Below, piece after piece: positions 25,077 to 38,455 of a stretch of 64,000 nucleotides of DNA. Position numbers and translations under genes: made by a program. Source of the DNA: Antechinus flavipes (lineage: Eukaryota); contig NC_067404.1 of assembly GCF_016432865.1 (NCBI RefSeq), positions 66,092,001 to 66,156,000 of the forward strand, read 5' to 3'. The number at the start of each line of letters is the position of its first letter. The first letter of the stretch is position 1. Under the pieces are notes generated by a model. It was not told where the DNA came from. It made no database searches and was given only the letters and a program-made list of their open reading frames with translations.

Positions 25077-25118
25077 GTGTGCGATAGCAACCCACTTCCC
25101 ATTGTGTGCAAAACCAAG
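25077..25118 (+). CDS. Candidate phase-0 micro-exon
   Basis: Two cactaat branch-like motifs, ctcccttctccag| VCDSNPLPIVCKTK |gtatta. Confidence 0.1.
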
Positions 25119-25292
25119 GTATTACCCCAGAAATCCTCCACAAGATGGGATGGAGCTCAAGATGTTGGGGACATTGCTCTAGGTATCTTGACATGTGGGT
25201 ACCAACAGAAGCTGGCCATTCATTTGTTTATTCTTCACTTATACGACACAACTATCTTATTTTTTTTCCACTTAAGGATCTCTTTCAAGATG

Positions 25293-25520
25293 ATAACAAT
25301 AGCTAGCATCCACGTAGACCTTTAAGGTTTACAAAGCACTTTACATACATTAGCTCAATAGGTAAATGTTACTATTTTTTTCATTTTATAGATAAGTAAA
25401 GTGAAGCTGAGAGAGGTTACATATATTTACCAGGGTCATAGAGCTAAGAACTATAAGAAGTGGAATTTGAACTTGGAGATTCCAAAGATAACCCTCTATC
25501 CACTGTGTAATCTTGCTACC
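25293..25520 (-). mobile_element. MIR SINE
   Basis: ataacaatagctagcat...ggtttacaaagcacttt...cattttatagat...agagaggtt...cagggtcatagagcta. Confidence 0.85.
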
Positions 25521-28500
25521 CATATCTTTATGCCACTCTATACACCCCCCCCACACACTCCTTTTTGCAGTATTATGTTATAACCTATTTATAACCACCA
25601 ATAGCCTTTTCAGAAATTCTCCATTTTGATTCCTCAGACACTGTGCTTTTCTATGATTCATAACCATATAGCGTCACTGGAAAAATAATGATGTGAAAAT
25701 GATGGGCTTCTCTTAGAAATTTTGGGTATCACTGAAGGCCTCACAGAGCTTTCTCTTTGTGATCCAACCCTTGCTTTCCAATTTATTTTCCATCAGCAGC
25801 AGACTACGCAACAACCTTCTGGCATTTCAACAAGGAGAAGATTTTGTTGTATTTTTTCCATGAGTTAAGAAGTAAAACTGATTGTGCCCTTCATGGAGAC
25901 CACTTGGCTATGGTGATTTTTTTTCCATTAAAGTCACAGCAAAAGTCTATTTTCCTCAGTTTTTTGAAAGCCAAGGTTACTTGGTGTGGGTCTTTCTGCT
26001 TATAGCATATATTAAGATCCTTTTCCAGCCCAGGAGACTTCCTGAGGATATACTTGTGTTTAATGTCTCATACAGCTAACAGAGTTAAATATTTATCAGT
26101 GTTTAACCAAATCTTAAATTACATGGAGCAATCAACAATGGAAAAGAGCTTTGAGCTTATTTTATTATTGCAAGGCGATACTACCATCCTACAATATAAA
26201 CAAGCAAAATAATAAATATTATATATGAACAGATCCACATTGTGCATTAGGGGAACCTATTTAGCATAATGCATGGTAAATTACTTGTAAAACTTCCATT
26301 AATATTAATGGTAGATACACATCTAAATCCCAGTGTATTGCAATTAAGAGTTTCTCTCATTTGTTCTGGGAAATTGGGAGGCTCAGTATGGTTGAAAAGT
26401 GTACTGTATCGAGACCACAAGCCATAACACATTCTCCAGCAATGCCATCGATGGAATAATAAAGCTGGTGAGGCTCAGATCCATTTTGTATATAGTTTAG
26501 CCATAAGATAGGAAACTATAAGGTGACAAACATTACTTATAGTGATGAGATGGGAGAAAGGTAACAACCATCAAGGAGCTTTTTTGATTATCAAGATAGA
26601 TGGAGAAAGCTGTTATGTGTGAAGAGAACATATTAGAGCATGAGGACAGGTTACTTCTAATAATAACACAGACAAAAACCACTGGATGTCAAGAGACATC
26701 CATCTTCATCTCATATTCAAGAAGGATGGGAAATTATTGAATAGACATATGAAACTACAAAATTCATCTGATAAACACCAAGAGGGGACATGTTATACTC
26801 CACTTGGGAAAAGATGGCTACAGCAAACTAATTAAATAAATAAATAACAGTTCATTCTTTAATATATAGACCCTTAAGAGCATCTCAACTCTTTTGATAT
26901 CTGAATGCTTAACATATTTTTCAGGCCAACTCTCTCATCACTACAGTAGGTATGGCATTTGTCCTTCTGACTTGGGGAGAATGAATTAGCAAAAGTGATA
27001 GTAATATAAATGTTTGCAATAAAGAAAAGGACACTACATTTTCTGGATTGATTTCAGGCTGTATCCAGAGCATTTTACAAATCAAAAGGCATATTTGTTA
27101 CTTCTAACAGTCCCATCCAATGAAACCGTAAAAAAAAAACCAGCCAACTTTTCACATGACTAATCCAATACTTTGCTTTGTACACATGGGGAGCCCAGGA
27201 AGTGAAAAAGAAATAAAACAAAAGAGGCACATAGTCTACTTTGATCCTTAATTGACACATGCTTATTCAGTTGGTCTATGGATTAGATCCGAGACATCAT
27301 CCCTCCTACTAAACACTTTCCCAAGACTTAATATGTATTTCTTTTTATGCCTGATGTTTGCTTTTTGGTAACTCTTTCCATAATATAGCAAATTAACCAG
27401 GGTTTAGATAATTTCTGCTTCACATCTGTTTTGGCATCTCATGTAATGTAAATGATCTTTAATCAAAGAAAATTCATAACCAACACAGCATCTGCTCAAG
27501 GGGAAGGCAATGGCTAGCATTTAAACACACATGTACAGAAGCCTAAAGAGCCTTCAAAAGGATAAAGGTTTTAGGAAACTGTCATGGTGAGGAAATTAAT
27601 CAAACATTTCCTAGCTTTTTCTCTTCTATCTAGGACCTTGGAACAGAAGCTTTGAAGCTATTTTACAATACAGTAGAAGTTCCTAACAGATACATGGCAA
27701 GATCTCATTAGCTAATCATCAATAACATTGTAAACTTATCAACTGAGCCACTTTCAGGGTCTCTGCCTCTAAAATAAGAGACCAATAGGTCGGTATACAT
27801 ACATACTTTGGGGACAGGATCTCAACAGGTTTGGAGACCAAGCCAAGAGGCTTCTGTTTTACAGAAGAGGAAAAGAAAAGTGTCCTATATATGAAGGGTT
27901 CGACTTCATGTTGCATGACTACTGCTGACTCCATGCTAGGTACACACTTTGGGTTGAGTACTCCCATTTAGCACATATTTGTACTTTCTTACCCATAAAT
28001 AGGACTGTTTTTAGGTTTTCAGAACTTGATTCATATCTCTCACTGTAAGCCCTCAAGTAGGACTACATAGTCTTGGACATTTCTTCACCCTTTCCTTCCA
28101 CTAAGAGATCTGATCTCTTTGTTCCTTGAAGAATGACTAAAGCTAATTGTTTATGTAAGAAATTCTTTCATTCAATTAGCATTTATTAAAAAGAGCCCAC
28201 ACTACATGCCAGGCTTTGTGGTTGGCAATGGAGACCCAAAGACAATAAGAAACCAGTCCATGATCCCAACGGGATCACAAAAAGTCAAACACAATTGAAA
28301 CAATTGAACAACAAGAACATCCAAGGCCAAGTACACCCTTAATGCAAAATAGAAAGTAGAATTAGGGAATTACACATGGAACAGACCTTAGAGACCATTT
28401 AATCCAACCTATACCTGAGCAGTAATGTCCTTAACAGCACTCGTGTTTTTTTTTTAAGTCTATTTTTTTCTTTAAGTCTTCCTTTATGAGTGAAGGTTCT

Positions 28501-28699
28501 ACCTCCTGAGGGAGCGCATTTCACTTCTGAATCAATCTCATTTTTAAGAAGTCTTTTCTTATTTTCAACCAAAATTTGCTTATTGGTAGCTATCAAAAAT
28601 TCTATCATAATGAGACAAATGCATAAACACCTTTCTGTTGGGCTACACTGTCCCTCCCCTCTGTTTCTTTAAAGACTGATTTGTTTTTGTTTCCATGCA

Positions 28700-29290
28700 A
28701 ACCCTGTGTATATGTGTATCTTTGTAGATTAACTCCAACATACTTTACGCATTTTGTAGCTACTTTCAATGGAATCTCTCTATCTTTTTTACTTGGATTT
28801 TGTTAGCAACATGCAGAAAGTCTGATTTTTGAAACTGTATTAGGCATTTGGAAACTTTGTTTAAGTTATTTATTATCTCAATTTCTTCATGAATTCTCTT
28901 GGGTTTTCTAAGGAAGCCATTACATCGCCTGTAGATAAGGGGACTGTAGAGACAACTAGGGGTGCTACAATGGATAAAGGGCCAGGCAAGTTTCAATCCG
29001 GCCTCAGACATATACTAGTTCTGCAGCCCTGGGCAAGTCATCTCACCCTGTCTGCCTCAGTTACCTCAGCTGTAAAATGAGCTGGAGAAGGAAATAGCAA
29101 GAAAACACATATGGGGTTACAAAGAATTCTGATATCATCAAAGAACCATTATAGCAGTAGGCCCTTAGCCTACTCTTTGCTTATGTTTATTCCCCTAATA
29201 TCATTCCCTTGTTTCCCTATGACAGCTTGTAGCTCTAAAAGCATTCTACCAAACAGTAATGGAGAATCAGGGCATCCTTGCTTCACTGGC
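28700..29290 (-). mobile_element. Old L1 ORF2 (RT region) fragment, split by a SINE
   Basis: gaattctcttgggttttctaagg...aaacagtaatggagaatcagggcatccttgcttcac. Confidence 0.7.
28945..29150 (+). mobile_element. MAR1-type SINE nested in L1
   Basis: ccggcctcagaca...ccctgggcaagtca...ctgtaaaatgagctggagaaggaaatagcaa. Confidence 0.85.
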
Positions 29291-29619
29291 AACCAGACTG
29301 TGAGAATTTCCGGAAGGTGATTGTTTCTGCTATTTTGTGTAGAGTTTTCCAAATTACACCAGAAAGCAGACATGGGCCCTGTCTCATCTTTAACATAGTC
29401 TCTAAGAGTAGGAGAAAATTTTTGCTCCATGAAAAATCAGGTAATAATACATCTCTGGAGATGTACTCCTAAAATGATGGCTCACCAGTTTGAACATATG
29501 TGTTTGCCTTGTCTTGGATCAGCCACATATCATAATGCTCATAGCAAAAGTAATTAATTAAGTGATGATGCAGTAAGAACACATACAAGAAAACACGTGT
29601 GGGAACAGAAACTGCCCTG

Positions 29620-29800
29620 AGGGAGCCAGCTAGTATAGTGGCAAGAGTGCTGAACCTCAAGGTAGGGAAAGTATAAATTGACATTCAGTCTCATATACTT
29701 CCATATGACCTAGGGCCACAATTTTCTCATCAGTAAAGCTAGGGAACTGGACTAAAATGATCACAAATAGCCCTTCCAGGTCTAAATCTATGTTACTATC
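29620..29800 (+). mobile_element. MIR3-type SINE
   Basis: tatagtggcaagagtgctgaac...ttttctcatcagtaaa...cccttccaggtctaaatctatg. Confidence 0.7.
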
Positions 29801-29944
29801 AGCCCAGAGAAAACCTAAATAATTTGAGATACAATGTTCACAGAGGGCATATGCCAATATAAAAATGATGACATCTAAACAAGCAGCAGATTAAGTGCTT
29901 TACCAATCAAACTGCCAAGGAGATACTTTCTAGAAAAGGATCGG

Positions 29945-30160
29945 TAACAATAATAGCTAGCATTTATATAGTGCCTTAGAGTTTGCAAAGTGCTTTAAAA
30001 TTTTCATCTTCTTTGATTCTCACCATGACCCTATTATTATTATTATTAGGGGTTATTATTATGAACATTTATGAATGAGGAGACTGAGGCAGAGCTTAAA
30101 ATGACTTGCCTTGTTCCACTCCCCCCCCCCAGTATGTGTCTGAAAAGGGATTTGACCTTA
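29945..30160 (-). mobile_element. MIR SINE
   Basis: aataatagctagcatttatatagtgc...tttgcaaagtgcttt...gagactgaggca...tgacttgcc. Confidence 0.8.
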
Positions 30161-30866
30161 AACTTGGCAATACAAATTCACATGCAGGACCAAAATGTCA
30201 AAAATTTTAAGAAAATCATGACAAAAGTAGGAATGAAGAGATTTTTGAAGCTTTTTTGGACTTCAATTAAAAGGCAATTATTACTTTAAAAAACCCAACC
30301 ATGGTACCGATTAAAAATTGACCAGCAGAATAAACTCCTCTAGCAGGATAACCAAGACCTCAAATTTCTAAAACACTTTCAAAACAGTATCTCACTTGTT
30401 CCCCATAACAATCTTTTAAGACAGCTCAAAGATCATCATTCCATTTGATAATTGTGGAAGATCAATCAGAAAATAAGCAGAATCAAGATGAGAATCCATA
30501 TTTTTCTTCTCTCTCCAATTCCTGTCTTCTTTTTCCTATGCTTTTCATCTATGTTGTCTCTTTAAGGCTAAAAAAACTAACCTCCACAGAGCCAACTGCG
30601 CCCATTTGCAAGGGACTATTCTTCAAATTAAAACACAACAAAACATTAAACAAAAGTCACAACCATACAGTGAAATAAACCACAATTAGGAAAGATCCTA
30701 GAGAAGAGGCACACTATCAAGGAAATAAATCGAACACTGAACAAAGGCACCTAGCAACAATTTAGGTAACAATCCATGGTAGACACAATAGAAATGAAAA
30801 TTTCAGAACTATTACTGATACATGATTTTAATTAGACTGCTGATTTACAGATACTTCCACCTGTTA

Positions 30867-30918
<52 letters not shown>
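30867..30918. repeat. Compound microsatellite (AT)6(GT)20
   Basis: Counted directly. Confidence 0.97.
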
Positions 30919-30921
<3 letters not shown>

Positions 30922-31781
30922 ACTGTTAGCCTATAGGTACTCCAATTTGCATTGCCTCATTGAAAAATGGAAATCGAACACCACTAGGTTCAATTGATTC
31001 AGCCATCTTTACTACCTTCATGTCTACAGGCCTTTAACCAGTTTAGTTGAAAATGATTTTAGCCCACATTGACTTTTAAATTTGCACATGCTATAGAAGC
31101 TAGACTTCAGAACTTCAATGGAATAAGGAGAAGAGGAATCAATTATTAATCACTTCTGGAAATGTATAAATGAGCTAAGGGAAGTTTCTTTTCAATTTAA
31201 CACAAGGATCTATGAGGGAAAAATCACTAATAGTTGTACCTGCAATTTTAAGATTCATGAATCAAGAATTAAGAAGGATGGAAGTGCTCCTCTGAAAATC
31301 CACAGAAGCTTTAACAGTATCAAGCACAAGTAAACGAGTCAATGGTTTCACATTATGGAAGAAGAAGGCAACATTGGCATACACAAGAAATAACCCAATA
31401 GTCCATTCCCTATTGGGGAAGTTGAAACATTGTTTCTTCTAAGAGAAAAAGAAAGTCTTCTAAATACAAGGAGAATGTTAACATTTTCAGACCCTCTGCT
31501 TTCCCAGCTTCCATTCGTGCAAAGACCACTGGAATTAAGATATTAAGAAAACCAAGTCATAAAGCAAAAAAAACAAGAAATCTCTAGCTGACCATTAAGT
31601 AGATTAAATGGCAGTATGTTTTCACCCCAGCAGGTAGTGGTTTATTATCCTGATAACACCTTGAAATGAAAAGATAATGTCTTATAAAAAGAAGTTGTTA
31701 AATTTGATTGTGTTCACATTGTATAGCACTGCATAATTTGAATTCACATGAAATGAGAAAAAGCTCTCTTTTTCCTTTCAG

Positions 31782-32060
31782 ATGATCTATGAATTGAGAA
31801 TTAAAATCCAAAGCGATGACCACCTCGCTTCCCCAAACTTGTATGAACTTGATCTCTTACCAGACTCAAAGTTAACCCAGGACAAAGTTTTGCCCCAAGG
31901 CACAGAGCTGTTTTCTCCAATTAGTGTCCAACTATCACTGATCTCCTTCCAGCATTCTAAAAGCATGGGACACAACCACCCCACTTGGGTCTCTCTGCAA
32001 AGGAGATTCGAACCATATACTGTGTCAAGGAACCCTTTTCAGGATGATGTTTTTACATAA
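31782..32060 (+). CDS. Candidate terminal exon (92 codons)
   Basis: Strong acceptor ctctctttttcctttcag|, open to TAA TGA, AATAAA immediately after; translation unrecognised. Confidence 0.2.
   Translation: MIYELRIKIQSDDHLASPNLYELDLLPDSKLTQDKVLPQGTELFSPISVQLSLISFQHSKSMGHNHPTWVSLQRRFEPYTVSRNPFQDDVFT
31861..31994 (-). CDS. Candidate exon overlapping the plus-strand candidate
   Basis: Minus strand: aatctcctttgcag| 134 nt, one open frame |gtaaga; unrecognised and Trp-rich. Confidence 0.1.
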
Positions 32061-32089
32061 TGAAATAAAAAGCTAAATTTTAGTTAATT

Positions 32090-32342
32090 TGTTGTTCATT
32101 TGTTTTCTCTTGTGTCCAATTGTGTGTGAACCCATTTGAGGTTTTCTTGGCAAAGATACTCGAGTGGTTTGCTTTTTTCTTCTGCAGCTCATTTTACAAA
32201 GGAGGAAACTAAGGCAAACAGAGCTAAGTGATTTTCCCAGGATCAAACAGCTAGTAAGTGCCTGAGGCCAGATTAGAACTCATGAAGATGCATCTTCCTC
32301 ATCCAGAGCCCAGTGCTCTACCATCCTACCCCCTAGCTGTTC
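32090..32342 (-). mobile_element. MAR1-type SINE
   Basis: ggttttcttggcaaagatactcgagtggtttg...agctcattttaca...gcctgaggccagat...cctagctg. Confidence 0.9.
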
Positions 32343-33339
32343 CCCAAATTTTAAAGGTGAGGAAAAAGAAAAATGTAATCTTCCCCTAGACATGTTCATA
32401 GACCCTCCAAAACCTATTTTGCCATGATTCAAAACCTTTGCTCAAATAGATAGGTCTTCTCCTTCCCAAATGACTGCACTGAAGATGGCACTGTGATCTG
32501 GTCCATCACCTCCCCAAACAAGTTTGTCCTACATTCAATTTTGGCTGATTGCTACCCTCCCTGTGGCATACATGGATGGACTTCACAAAGAATGCCAAGG
32601 TTCTATGGGCATTTATATATTAGCTGAACTGAAAGCCAAAATTTCAGCTTAAGTAGTTATTTTTCCAGTAGGAGTTGAACAATGTGGAAGAAAGGGTATC
32701 AATTTTGAAATGAGATTCAAATGTGCACAACTATAATGTCATTTGAAATTTTATAATCATTCTCCCTACTTCTTAAAGGTACCAGGTTTTCGCATTTCAA
32801 TTTGCCAGTTTTAGAAACTGACCAAAGAGAAGGACAGAGCCCAGCCTTGGTGAAGCCAAGTTCCTACTATCAGGCTGAAATCTGAGGAGACCTCCAGGTC
32901 TAAGGGTTTAAAATAAGTTTTTACCACTTTTCCTAAACCTTTCTATGTGATTCCATATGGAAAATGCAATAGAGATTGGGGCACAATTACTGCACTTTAG
33001 GCACATAAGGGACAATCCCTGTTTCAGGCATGCAGGATTCATATCTGGCCAATCGACAATGAGAGTCTCTGGATGCTGCAAGAGCAAAGGATCAGTGATT
33101 TCCCTGGCTTGGTGAACTAGCCCATAGGAGCCTTCCTCCAGGAACCCAATTTGCAATTTAGACTAAGTTCTTAGGACTTGCTTAAGGGACTTAGAAGTCA
33201 AGCTAGTAAAGTTAACCAAGCATTAATCACAGTTAGGAACACAGGTTTTCATGGCTCCAAGTTCAACACTCTACCCATAGTACTGATCCCAGAATACAAG
33301 AGACCTTTCTAAAGGCTCTACCCCGACATCTTCCCCAAG

Positions 33340-33510
33340 AAAGTGCCTTTGTTCTGACACTCTCTTCCATTTTCCTTGGATGTACCTGACATGTCCATAG
33401 TTATTTGCATATTTTCTTCCCATTAGAATGTAAGCTTCTCGAAGGCAGAGATTAATTTTTTAGCTCAGAATCTGGTACATAGGAGATGCTTACACATGCT
33501 TAGTGACTGA
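33340..33510 (+). mobile_element. L2 3' end
   Basis: cccattagaatgtaagcttctcgaaggcagaga...tggtacataggagatgctta. Confidence 0.8.
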
Positions 33511-34031
33511 CAGATGCCACGATACATTAGGGTTTCACATACAAGTTACAAATTCAGAAGACATCTCTGACATGTTTCTATTTTATTTTTCCTGAGAAAG
33601 TAAAGTCCTTGCCCAAATCTAGGCCAATTCAGGCATTTAAGATCGATTTTCCAGTGTTTAGTTGTCATGATAGGTCATAAATCCGAATGAACCCCAAACT
33701 GTTTTGGAATACCATGAAAATAATGGGACTGCCTAAAAGATACTGCCTTGACTTTACTACAAGACTATTTTAATTTTTATTAACTAAGTCTCCAGGTTTG
33801 AATTTAGATAAATATTTTGGTTTCTTATGTTACTATATTTGATATAAGTCAACACAACATATTTATCACTTTTAGATGTAGATGACATTAAGGGCAAAAA
33901 TTAGACAGGAAAAAGAGAAGATTAAAAATGGATATAAACAACACATTACTAACTACAAGACAGAGAAATATCAATTTCATTAGCTCTATCAAGAAATATG
34001 AAAAAAATCCTTTAAAAGTGCCAATGGGCAG

Positions 34032-35605
34032 CAGTCACCAAAACCATTTGGTATTGGCTAAGAAATAGATTAGTTGATCAGTGGAATAGGTTAGGTTCAC
34101 AAGACAGAATAGTCAACTATAGCAATCTAATGTTTGACAAACCCAAAGATCCTAACTTTGGGGATAAGAATTCATTATTTGACAAAAACCGCTGGGATAA
34201 CTGGAAATTAGTATGGCAAAATTAGGCATGGACCCACACTTAACACCATATACCAAGATAAGATCAAAATGGGTCCATGATTTAGGCATAAAGAAGAAGA
34301 TTATAAATAAATTAGAGGAACATAGGATAGTTTATCTCTCAGACTTGTGGAGGAGAAAGAAATTTGTGACCAAAGATGAACTAGAGACCATTACTGATCA
34401 CAAAATAGAAAATTTTGATTATATCAAATTAAAAAGCCTTTGTACAAACAAAACTAATGCAAACAAGATTAGAAGGGAAGCAACAAACTGGGAAAACATC
34501 TTCACAGTTACAGGTTCTGATAAAGGCCTCATTTCCAAAATATATAGAGAATTGACTCTAATTTATAAGAAATCAAGCCATTCTCCAACTGATAAATGGT
34601 CAAATGATATAAACAATTTTCAGATGATGAAATTGAAACTATCTCCACTTATATAAAAGTGTGTTCCAAATCACTATTGATCAGAGAAATGCAAATTAAG
34701 ACAACTCTGAGATACTATTACACACCTGCCAGATTGGCTAAGATGACAGGAAAAAATAATGATGAATGTTGGAGGGGATGTGGGAAAACTGGGACACTGA
34801 TACACTGTTGGTGGAGCTGTGAACGAATCCAGCCATTCTGGAGAGCAATCTGGTATTATGCCCCCAAAGTAAACAAACTGGGCGTACCCTTTGATCTAGC
34901 AGTGTTACTACTGGGCTTATATCCCAAAGAGATACTAAAGAAGGGAAAGGGACCTGTATGTGCCAAAATGTTTGTGGCAGCCATGTTTGTAGTAGCTAGA
35001 AACTGGAAAATGAATAGATGCCCATCAATTGGAGAATGGTTGGGTAAACTGTGGTATATGAATGTTATGGAATATTATTGTTCTGTAAGAAATGACCAGC
35101 AGGATGAATACAGAGAGGTTTGGAGAGACTTACATGAACTGATGCTGAGTGAAATGAGCAGGACCAGGAGATCATTATATACTTCAACAACGATACTGTA
35201 TGAGGAGGTATTCTGATGGAAGTGGATTTCTTTGACAAAGAGACCTAACTCAGTTTCAATTGATCAATGATAGACAGAAACAGCTACACCCAAAGAAAGA
35301 ACACTGGGAAATAAATGTAAACTGGTTGCATTTTTGTTTTCTTCCTGGGTTATTTCTACCTTCTGAATCCAATTCTCCCTGTGCAACAAGAGAACTGTTC
35401 GATTCTGCACACATATATTGTATCTAGGATATACTGCGACATATTTAACATATATAGAACTGCTTGCCATCTAGGGAAGGGGGTGGAGGGAGAGAAGGGA
35501 AAAATTGGAACAAAAGTGAGTGCAAGGGATAATGTAAAAATTTACCCTGGCATGGGTTCTGTCAATAAAAAGTTATTATAATAAAAAAAAAAATAAAGTT
35601 TAAAA
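34032..35605 (+). mobile_element. 5'-truncated L1, 1.57 kb
   Basis: Exact 18-bp TSD aaaagtgccaatgggcag (34014-31, 35606-23) at TTT|AAAA; ORF2 C-terminus in two ORFs (34213-34656, 34659-35216); A tail. Confidence 0.98.
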
Positions 35606-35889
35606 AAAAGTGCCAATGGGCAGGCTACTTTAAAAATTTAATGAACGAATGGTCTCACCAATACAGACACTCTTCCAGTAAAGCTGAAACTTTTCATCTA
35701 GTGGGATTCTTTCCCCTATTTTCCCATAGACTCTCCTAAGAGAATCGGCTTAAATAATATCATGCAGGCCCTCTTTAACAAGTGGCTGTACATCAGGAAT
35801 CCCTACCTCTTCCTTTACACCTGCTCCACCAATTTTCTAGATGTGCACATCTGGGATTATGTTGTGAGTGGGGATTACTTGTCTCCACA

Positions 35890-36270
35890 GATTATGCCTG
35901 TATCTTCATTTTCAGCCTTACTCCTCTTGTAAGCTCCAGTTCCACATTTCTAAATTCTACCTGGATGTCCAAGCATTACAAAAAAAAAAAAAAAAAAGTA
36001 TCCCGATATTCACCACTAACACTATCTTAAAACCTAATTTTCTAATTTCTATTCAAAGATAATCACTCTTCTTTAATTACCCAAGTTTACAAGCCATGAA
36101 TCAACCCTGACTCTTTAGTATCACCTGTCCTATTTATTGAAACAGTCACCAAGTACTGCTGCTTTCACATACTCAGTGTTTCTCACATCCATCACCTTCA
36201 TTGAACTAGTAATTGTGGCTACCTAAATTAAAGCTATCATAGAGTCTCACCTGTACTATTGGAAGAGTTT
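35890..36270 (+). mobile_element. L2 fragment
   Basis: ctccagttccacatttctaaattc...ctggatgtcc...cagtcaccaagtactg...tctcacctgtactattg. Confidence 0.7.
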
Positions 36271-36796
36271 TATCAAAATTATTTTAAAAATAAATTTGTA
36301 GGAAGTAGAACTGAGTAGAGAGTAGACAGGTCTTTCCCTGAGCTCTTCCTGGCTTCCCTTAAATCAACACCACCATCAAGCCTCTGAGCAGGTTTTGCAA
36401 TGACAGAACCCACAAATATTTGCAGTGTAACAAATTTTCAACAGAAGATATTTTGGAAGAATTTCAGGAAAAGTCTGTCTCAATTGGGCAGGGGATGGGG
36501 GTAGGGTCGCAGCCCAGCACCCAGGGAAGAGAGTCTTCCCTTCACTGAGGGAATCTAGTGAGAGACTTGCAACCAAAACACAACAGCATTTGCTACTCTG
36601 GCCTCATTCAGAAGCCAGTCGATCAGTAGACTAGCTGTGAAACCTCCAACACAATGACAAAAGAGCCCTTGAGCCAACCCTGCCTGGGAAGGAAGCCAGC
36701 AGCACCAATCCAAGGCAACGTGAAGTGACTGTCACCTACAGAGGACGTTTGGGACAATCTCCCCTTTGCCATAACAGCAGACCTCTACCTTTAAAA

Positions 36797-37920
36797 ATGA
36801 GCAAAAACAGCAAAAAGAGCTCTGACCTTAGATAGTTTTACAGATAAAGGAAAGAACAGACTTCACACCCTAAGGACGCTAGAGGCAAAACATCTCCAGA
36901 TGAAGCCTCAAAGGGAGATACAAGTTGGTCATTATCTCACAAGGCTGTCCTGGAAGAATTCAAAAAGTATCTTAAAAGAGAGAAGAAAAATGGGGAAAGC
37001 AAATGAAAGCTCTGGAAAAGGAAACACAGAAATTGTCTGAAGAAAATCACTCCCTAAAAATATTTTTGGCAAAATGGAAAAAAGAAAGCAACTCCTTAAA
37101 AAACAGAATTTGTGAAATGGGAAAAAATCCAATGAACAAAACAACTAATTTAAAAGTTCACTTGGCCAAATGCAAAAGGAGATAAAAAGCTAATTGAAGA
37201 AAATAATTCACTAAAAATTAGAATTGAACAAATGGAAGTGAATGATTCAATGAAATACCAAGAATCAGTCAAACAAAACCAAAAAAAAGAAAGAAGAAGA
37301 AGAAGAAGAAGAAGAAGAAGAAGAAGAAGAAAGAAAAGAAAAAGAAAAAAAAATTAGAAGAAAATGTAAAATACCTCAATAGAAAAACAAGTGATCTAGA
37401 AAACAGATCCAGGAGAGAAAATCTCAGAATTATTGGACTACCAGAAAACCACACTGAAAGAGAGAGCCTAGACAACATCTTTTAAGAACTCCTCAAGGAA
37501 AACTGCCCTGATGTCCTAGAACCAGAGGATAAAATAACTACTGAAAGAATACACCAATTACCTCCTGAAAGAGACCCCCCAAAAGAAAACCCCAAGAAAT
37601 ATTGTAGCTAAATTCTAGAATTACCAGATCAAGAAAAAAATACTGCAAACAGTCAGAAAGAAACAATTCAAATATCAAGGAGACATAATCAGGATTACTC
37701 AGTACATAGCAGCTTTCACTTTAAAGGGTCAGGGATATGAGAGTCCAATCAAAGAAACTTGGACTGCAGCTAAGAATCAACTATCAAGCAAAATTAAGCA
37801 TTATCTTTCAGAGGAAAGATGGGCAATTCAATGAAATAGATTTTCATTCATTTTTGACGAAAAAAACCAGAGCTGAGCAGAAAATTTGATCTTCAAATAC
37901 AGAACTCAAGAGAAGCATAA
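36797..37920 (+). pseudogene. L1 ORF1 remnant
   Basis: ATGAGCAAAAAC start, coiled-coil-like K/E-rich stretch, ggactaccagaa (GLPE) motif, ends gaagcataa; frameshifts and stops. Confidence 0.88.
37291..37329. repeat. (AAG)13 microsatellite within L1 ORF1
   Basis: Counted directly; flanked by A-rich runs. Confidence 0.95.
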
Positions 37921-38455
37921 AAAGGTAGAATGAGAAGAAAAAATAACTGTTTCTTTTAAAAGTTAAAACGTTTACATCCCTGTATGGGAAGATGACATAT
38001 TTATCTCTTGAATACAATATCTTTGTTAGAAGTATATTTAGAGATAGGTATAATTTGATTTTACTATGATAATATAAAAAAAGAAAGCAGAGGTAGAAAA
38101 GAGATTGCACTGGAAGAAGAGGAAAGGGGAGGCAAAATGGGATAAATTATACCACATGAAAAGGAAAAAAAGACCTATTACAGTTGAGGGAAAGAAGAAA
38201 GAAGGATGAGCATTGTGTAAACCTTAATCTCATCAGATAGAAACTTGTTTCATCCCATAGGAAATTAGGAGAAAGGGGAAAGAAGAGGAGAGGTAACAGA
38301 TGGGAGAGCAGAATTATTAGGGAAAATGGATAAGAAAGGGGGTAAGGACTGTAAAAGGATATGAGAGATAGAGGGAGGTGTTGATCAGAAGCCAAACATT
38401 TGTGAGGAGGGAAAAAGGGAAAGGGAAGAGAAAAGTATAACTTGAGGAAAGTAAA

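Noticed and set aside
33090-33156. Minus-strand IGFLEEGSYGLVHQAREITD resembles a CDK10/CDK11 glycine-rich loop (IEEGTYGVVYRAKD)
   Set aside because: No usable splice sites, no VAIK-type lysine, and no later kinase subdomains in any frame. Most likely coincidence; a tBLASTn hit would overturn this.
37269-37478. Poly-Phe ORF
   Set aside because: Antisense reading of the (AAG)n repeat in L1 ORF1.
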